Virus record (IMG/VR): IMGVR_UViG_3300016670_000048
Span: 22,181 to 86,180 of that record
Direction: 5' to 3' (one strand)
From: a virus
Lineage: Duplodnaviria; Caudoviricetes
Length of the DNA stretch: 64,000 nucleotides
Shown: one piece after another, positions 59,208 to 64,000 of the stretch
Position numbering within the stretch: position 1 is the stretch's first letter
How the letters are laid out: the number at the start of each line of letters is the position of its first letter
Made by a program: the position numbers and the translations under genes
Notes under the pieces: model-generated
Seen by the model: the letters and a program-made list of their open reading frames with translations, nothing else
Databases searched by the model: none
What the model was told of the DNA's origin: nothing

Positions 59208-59389
59208 TCATTTCTGATAATATTATATACGTGCAGTGGAGTGTGAAGTGGTGAATAATTATGAAACAGAAATACTAAGGTTAAAAGAAGAATTAGGTTG
59301 TGATCTACTTCCCAAGTACTTAACACCTAATCAACAAGCGACTTTACTGAAAGCTATGTTGAAAGATATACAAGAAGAGGAGACTAAGC

Positions 59390-59878
59390 TTGCAAATAAC
59401 ACATGATAGTCTATGTCTTTTGGCAGAGAAGTTCCTTAGTAAACAAAACTTCGGTGTTGTCTTCCATGATAAATTCAAAGCCTACACTAACAGCGGAGAG
59501 CAACCAGACTGTCTGGGGTTTAGAAGTGGATTGTCTTGTCTGATTGAGTGTAAGACATCTAGGTCAGATTTCTTAATAGATAAGCGTAAGAAGTTTAGAA
59601 TTGATCCACAAATGGGATTAGGTGATTGGAGGTTCTTTCTCACACCTAAAGGACTTGTGACAGTAGATGAATTACCAACAGGTTGGGGATTGTTAGAAAC
59701 AGATGGTAAGAGAGTTAGTAAAGTGTTTGGCTTCCCAACTAATACCGAGTGGTTTAGTGGCAAACCTTTCACTGGTAATAAACAAGCTGAGTGTGATTAC
59801 ATGTATTCAGCATTAAGGAGGATGGTGATCAGAGGACACTTTAAAGAAGTGTATGAAGGTATTCCTCAAAAGATATAA
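59390..59878 (+). CDS. PD-(D/E)xK nuclease-like protein (MmcB-like)
   Basis: EQPDCLG...LIECKTSRSDF, GDWRFFL. Confidence 0.75.
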   Translation: MQITHDSLCLLAEKFLSKQNFGVVFHDKFKAYTNSGEQPDCLGFRSGLSCLIECKTSRSDFLIDKRKKFRIDPQMGLGDWRFFLTPKGLVTVDELPTGWGLLETDGKRVSKVFGFPTNTEWFSGKPFTGNKQAECDYMYSALRRMVIRGHFKEVYEGIPQKI

Positions 59879-59895
59879 TTACCCAACCCCCTATA

Positions 59896-59930
59896 AAAAG
59901 GAGTCAGCTTGTATTAGTGACTCCTTTTCT
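59896..59930 (+). terminator. terminator ending the + arm (possibly bidirectional)
   Basis: AAAAGGAGTCA/TGACTCCTTTT. Confidence 0.8.
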
Positions 59931-60539
59931 TTTGCCTGTAAATATCTGTAAGTCCTGTTAATCAAGGTCTGTAGTCTGAATAATCCTGTCTCGGTATATT
60001 GGGTGTTTAACACGCTCTACCCCGGCCACCACACTAAATATTAGGATCCCAAAATATCGTACACGATTGATTAGTGCACAAGCTATTAGTGTGTGTCTCT
60101 GTGGGTAGCATCCCTCTAGCCAACGATTGGTATTCCAAACGGTATTCCAAGCCAATGACGTAGACTGTGAATGCCCTTTAAATACAATGACTTAGGCTGC
60201 CTGTTCAACTTCCTACTGGTCAACTGAACTGAATAGACAGGCTGCGAGAAAGGGTTAGTTCACATACTTATGTCAAGCATAATGGTAGCTAGAGTGTAGT
60301 GACTGGTGGGTATGGGCTGGTTAGGATAGTGTAAAGGAATCGTTACGGGGAGAAAGTGAGAGGGAATGATGATCAGGCTTAGCCATCAGAGATGTCTTCG
60401 CATATTGATAGTGGCTAGAAAGTACACTAATCAGTGCATATTAGACAAGCTTACACACTAGCTGTAGTGTAGCTTAGAGGACTTTAGACACAAGATGTAG
60501 GAAGGTATTAGAAGAATGTCTATATGTAGTGTTACAGAC

Positions 60540-60567
60540 ACAAGAAAGCCACTAGATCTAGTGGCTT
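60540..60567 (-). terminator. terminator ending the - early arm
   Basis: AAGCCACTAG-AT-CTAGTGGCTT followed by tcttgt on the minus strand. Confidence 0.65.
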
Positions 60568-60937
60568 GATTATCCTGCTTGAATGTTAGTTAGGGATTAC
60601 TTGCAAAGCTTTTGAGCTGCTGTATTGAACTTTTCAGCCATCTCCATTACATGGTCATCGGTGGTGTTGTGTTCACAGATAAAGCCAAGATTGAAACGTT
60701 TGTCACCATGCACTAGGTAAAAGAAAGTGTTGTTAACAATCTCTAAGCTCCACAAGGTGTCTGCATTAGGTTGAAAGAACACTTGAGGATTAACGTAAAC
60801 CAGTTCACCTTGTTTAGTGTAGCTGATACTAGTCCAGTCAAAGGAAACAGTCAGAAGGGCTTTCTTAACCATCTGATATTTAGCTTCTTGTTTGGTCATT
60901 TTCTTTATCTCTTTGGTTGTTTGCTTCTGATGTGTTT

Positions 60938-60966
60938 ATTTTAAGACAAACGAAAACCCCTGTAAA
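60938..60966 (-). promoter_or_regulatory. sigma70-like early promoter
   Basis: TTTACA-17-TAAAAT. Confidence 0.7.
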
Positions 60967-62717
60967 GGGGTGATTGAAGAAATAGTTGATTTATTTTCGT
61001 ATATTTTATACACCTTTCATATAATCATTCCAGCGCCTGATACACTCAGTAATACAGTAAATCTCCATCTCAACCCGTTGGAACTCATCTAGAAGTGATA
61101 GATCACCCTCTAGGACATCATAGACAAGATCCCCTAGATAGTCTTTTGAGCTATCGTGTAGACTAACTACATTAATCAGGTAGATTTCAGCAATACCAGT
61201 TTTATCAAATGCATCATATGTAATTTCATTTGTTTTCCTTTGATTGTGTGTTAAAGCTTCCAGAATGTTACAGACGTTCAAACCTTACAGGCGTATACAA
61301 ACAGTAATCATCCCCCCATCATCAAGAAAGATTCATATAGATAAGCTCTTTGAGAATAATCCCACAAGATCAATTGAACACCATTGAAGTTTTTAATGAA
61401 TGGGGTTATTACATTCGTAATGCCTGAAGTTTTCATGTTCTTACTCTCCAAACAATTCATTGAAAAGATCATCATCACAAATGTCGTCAACTGTCATGTA
61501 AAGGCTATCATCAAGCATCAACACAGCGCTAGCCTTGTCAACACCAACATTGGCATATGCTTTGCTACCAGACTTGATAGCCTCAAGGTGACGTTTGATG
61601 TTCTTAATCTCAGAGGCTGTAGACATTGGAGAGGCTTGTGTGTTAAAGAACTTCTTGCCAGTGCAGTCTGTGATGTAGATAGTGTGCCAAGTAGTCATGT
61701 TCTTTACTCTTCAGTTGTTTTGTTTCGATAAAGCTATCTTACCAGAATCATCACTCAACACAAGCTTTATTTTACTTCTTTTCCACAACATAGCAATCAC
61801 TCTCATGATACGTCCCAATCACATCACTCATATAACGTCTCTCTTCCTTAGCACAAGCTTCTAGATCTTTGTTCAATTCAGCTACAGAATTAGCTGTCCA
61901 GACTTGAGTAGCCACACAGTCTGTATTGGAGAAGCATAGAGTGACGTAGAGGATTTGTGGGCTCCTTTCGAAGCCCTGTCAACAATCTATTTCAATCAAT
62001 CCAAACACTGTCAATCTCAGGGGCTTCAAACTCAGACAGACAATGTGCCCAATCCATCACACTGATTGACTGCATAGTTTCCACTGTAGAGCCTTCTTTC
62101 TGCCACTTCTCGGCCAACGAATCAAAGGCTGTATCGAAGTTTTCCAAGGCGGATTCAAGTACAATCTCATCAAATTGGTTGGAAACATTCCACTTCTTTT
62201 CACAATTCAACCAAGCTTCCAGTTCGATGTGAAGTTTAGTCTCTACTGCAAGCTTCAGGTTAACAATGCTCATAATCTTTACTCTTCTGTCTTGAGAGAA
62301 TCTATTTCCTCTCTTCTTGTGTTCTATTGTACAGCTTCTGGTGGGGTGTGCAAGGGGTATTTAAAAGAAAATACTTTATTTTAGATGTTGACGTAGCTTT
62401 GATGTGTTGTTATAGTTTACCTACTGGGTCACTCCTGAGAAGGGAGAGTGGGCGATACATAAGTTTTCAGATAGACAAAATAAAAGCGCCCGAAGGCGCT
62501 CTCTTTAGATTGCTTGGATGAACTCAGGTGGCACACAACGGCTAGAACGTCCAAGCTTGACCCATACCATACCGTCCTTACACTGGAAGTCTATAACACC
62601 TTTCTTACCGATCAGCTTCTTGTCGTTGATGATATTGGTCTTGATCAGGGTGATTGCTTGGTTGGCTTGGAAGGTCATGGCTGTTGCTCCTAGAAGGTTT
62701 GTCGTTTCGATAGAGTG

Positions 62718-62746
62718 ATTATGCGGGACTTTCGCCCCTCAGTCAA
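62718..62746 (-). promoter_or_regulatory. sigma70-like early promoter
   Basis: TTGACT-17-CATAAT. Confidence 0.7.
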
Positions 62747-63338
62747 CAACTATTTTAGAATTTAACCAAAGTAGTAGTATAGGCTGGGCTCACTTCACCG
62801 TCACCCCAGTCCATTTCTGGATGGAACTCTTCAGTCAGGATAGCGCCGGGGACTACCTTTGCGAAGTCCTTGGCGGCTGCTTTATGGTTCTTACCACTGA
62901 TAATCACAAGGTTATCGTCATGACCAAAGTGAATGGCTCGTGCAACCATAATCGAGATATCAGCACCGTGGACTTTCTTAGCACTATCATTGATTGCTTT
63001 GATTTCGTTGGCGATTGTCATGATGTTCTTCCTAAGCGGTTGTTTGCTTGTGTGTAGGTATTGTGGGGCTTGTTCGACATCTTGTAAAGCTTTATTTTGC
63101 TTTATTTTCCAAGTGTTCCTTAACCAAGATAGCAACACCAGCCAATACCAACAACAAAGGGGAAGCTACAGCGAAGTATTCAGCAGCAATGATTATGTAG
63201 GCCATTTGTGTATCTCCTTGTTTATGTGTCTATCTTACAAGCCACTGATACTGTAGTACAATTGAATATTTCTATTCTTAGTCCCAAGCTTATAGATTTT
63301 ACCTAACCCTAAATAGCGCCCACAGTCACCGTAAAATC

Positions 63339-63367
63339 AGTATAAACAAGAAAAAGACTCTGTGCAA
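63339..63367 (-). promoter_or_regulatory. sigma70-like early promoter
   Basis: TTGCAC-17-TATACT. Confidence 0.7.
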
Positions 63368-64000
63368 GCAGTCTTTTCATTTATTTTCAGGGTATTGACC
63401 TACCACGCGCTGCTACCAACGATTGCCGTGAGTCGTCCAGCTTTCTTCTGGATCTGCCCCGGAGGCTCATCTAGGTTAAGTATTTCAAGCTGTTGATTGT
63501 ACTTAATAGCTGTAGCTGTCCTACTCTCATACATGGATATCCAGCCAACCTCGTGTAGCTCTAGATAATCATATGCTGACCTAGCTACATAATGAGAATA
63601 GTCAGCATCCCAGCCTTGAGAGTTACGACCTTCAAATCTAGAATGTAGATAGTAGGATTTAAGGAATTCATAAAACTCTTCATATCTAGGCATGATATTA
63701 ACCTTTCATATAATCGTTAAACAAGCGTATGTGCTCATGACTGCAATGAATCTCCATGTCTAGGATTTGATCATCAGAGAGTACTGAGATATCACCTTCC
63801 AACACTCGATAGTCAAGATCACCTAGATATTCTTTGTCACTGTTTGACAGGCTGATTGTATCGATCACGAATGTTTCAGCAATACCTGTACTATCAAATG
63901 CATCATATGTAATTTTCAATCTTTAAAACTCCTATTCAAGATAATCATAAATCCCCGTAACATCTTCAGGCTTGTACTTAGCCACCACACCCTCTTCACT

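Larger units (their letters stand above)
60597..63919 (-). other. early (host-takeover-type) small ORF cluster (60597, 61006, 61441, 61992, 62755..63021, 63400, 63698 and others)
   Basis: Short ORFs with RBSs and repeated strong promoters. Confidence 0.7.

Noticed and set aside
1-64000. CRISPR array, TIGR-like array, reverse transcriptase, integrase, IS element or stop-codon recoding
   Set aside because: No regularly spaced repeats or such enzymes seen; core genes read through intact with the standard code and no suppressor tRNA is present

Overview
A 64-kb slice of a lytic myovirus genome (AT-rich) with PAK_P1/Felixounavirus-like gene order. Gene content resembles ~90-100 kb Pseudomonas myoviruses; the host is inferred, not shown. 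1-13.8 kb (+): replication and nucleotide metabolism (SSB, exonuclease, phosphoesterase, nucleotidase, dut, thyX, nrdA, nrdB). 13.9-43.3 kb (-): the complete lysis, tail, head and packaging module. 43.3-46.1 kb (-): an RNA-rich island. 46.3-59.9 kb (+) and 60.6-64 kb (-): small early/accessory genes with sigma70-like promoters. Ten putative homing endonucleases are present. Main observations: (1) A canonical self-splicing group I intron (26008..26742) carrying an endonuclease VII-type ORF splits the tape-measure gene; the spliced product is predicted at 625 aa. (2) A putative single transcript from a perfect TTGACA/TATAAT promoter encodes a 47-aa peptide resembling the toxin-binding half of DinJ/RelB antitoxins, three 85-110 nt structured RNAs packed against a tRNA(CAT), and a hairpin array with anti-Shine-Dalgarno loops. 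(3) A ~450-nt promoter-driven, densely base-paired non-coding RNA of unknown class lies upstream of a nuclease gene. Also seen: a catalytically dead terminase-ATPase paralog and probable AUU/AUC start codons. All RNA structures were folded by eye and no database search was run.
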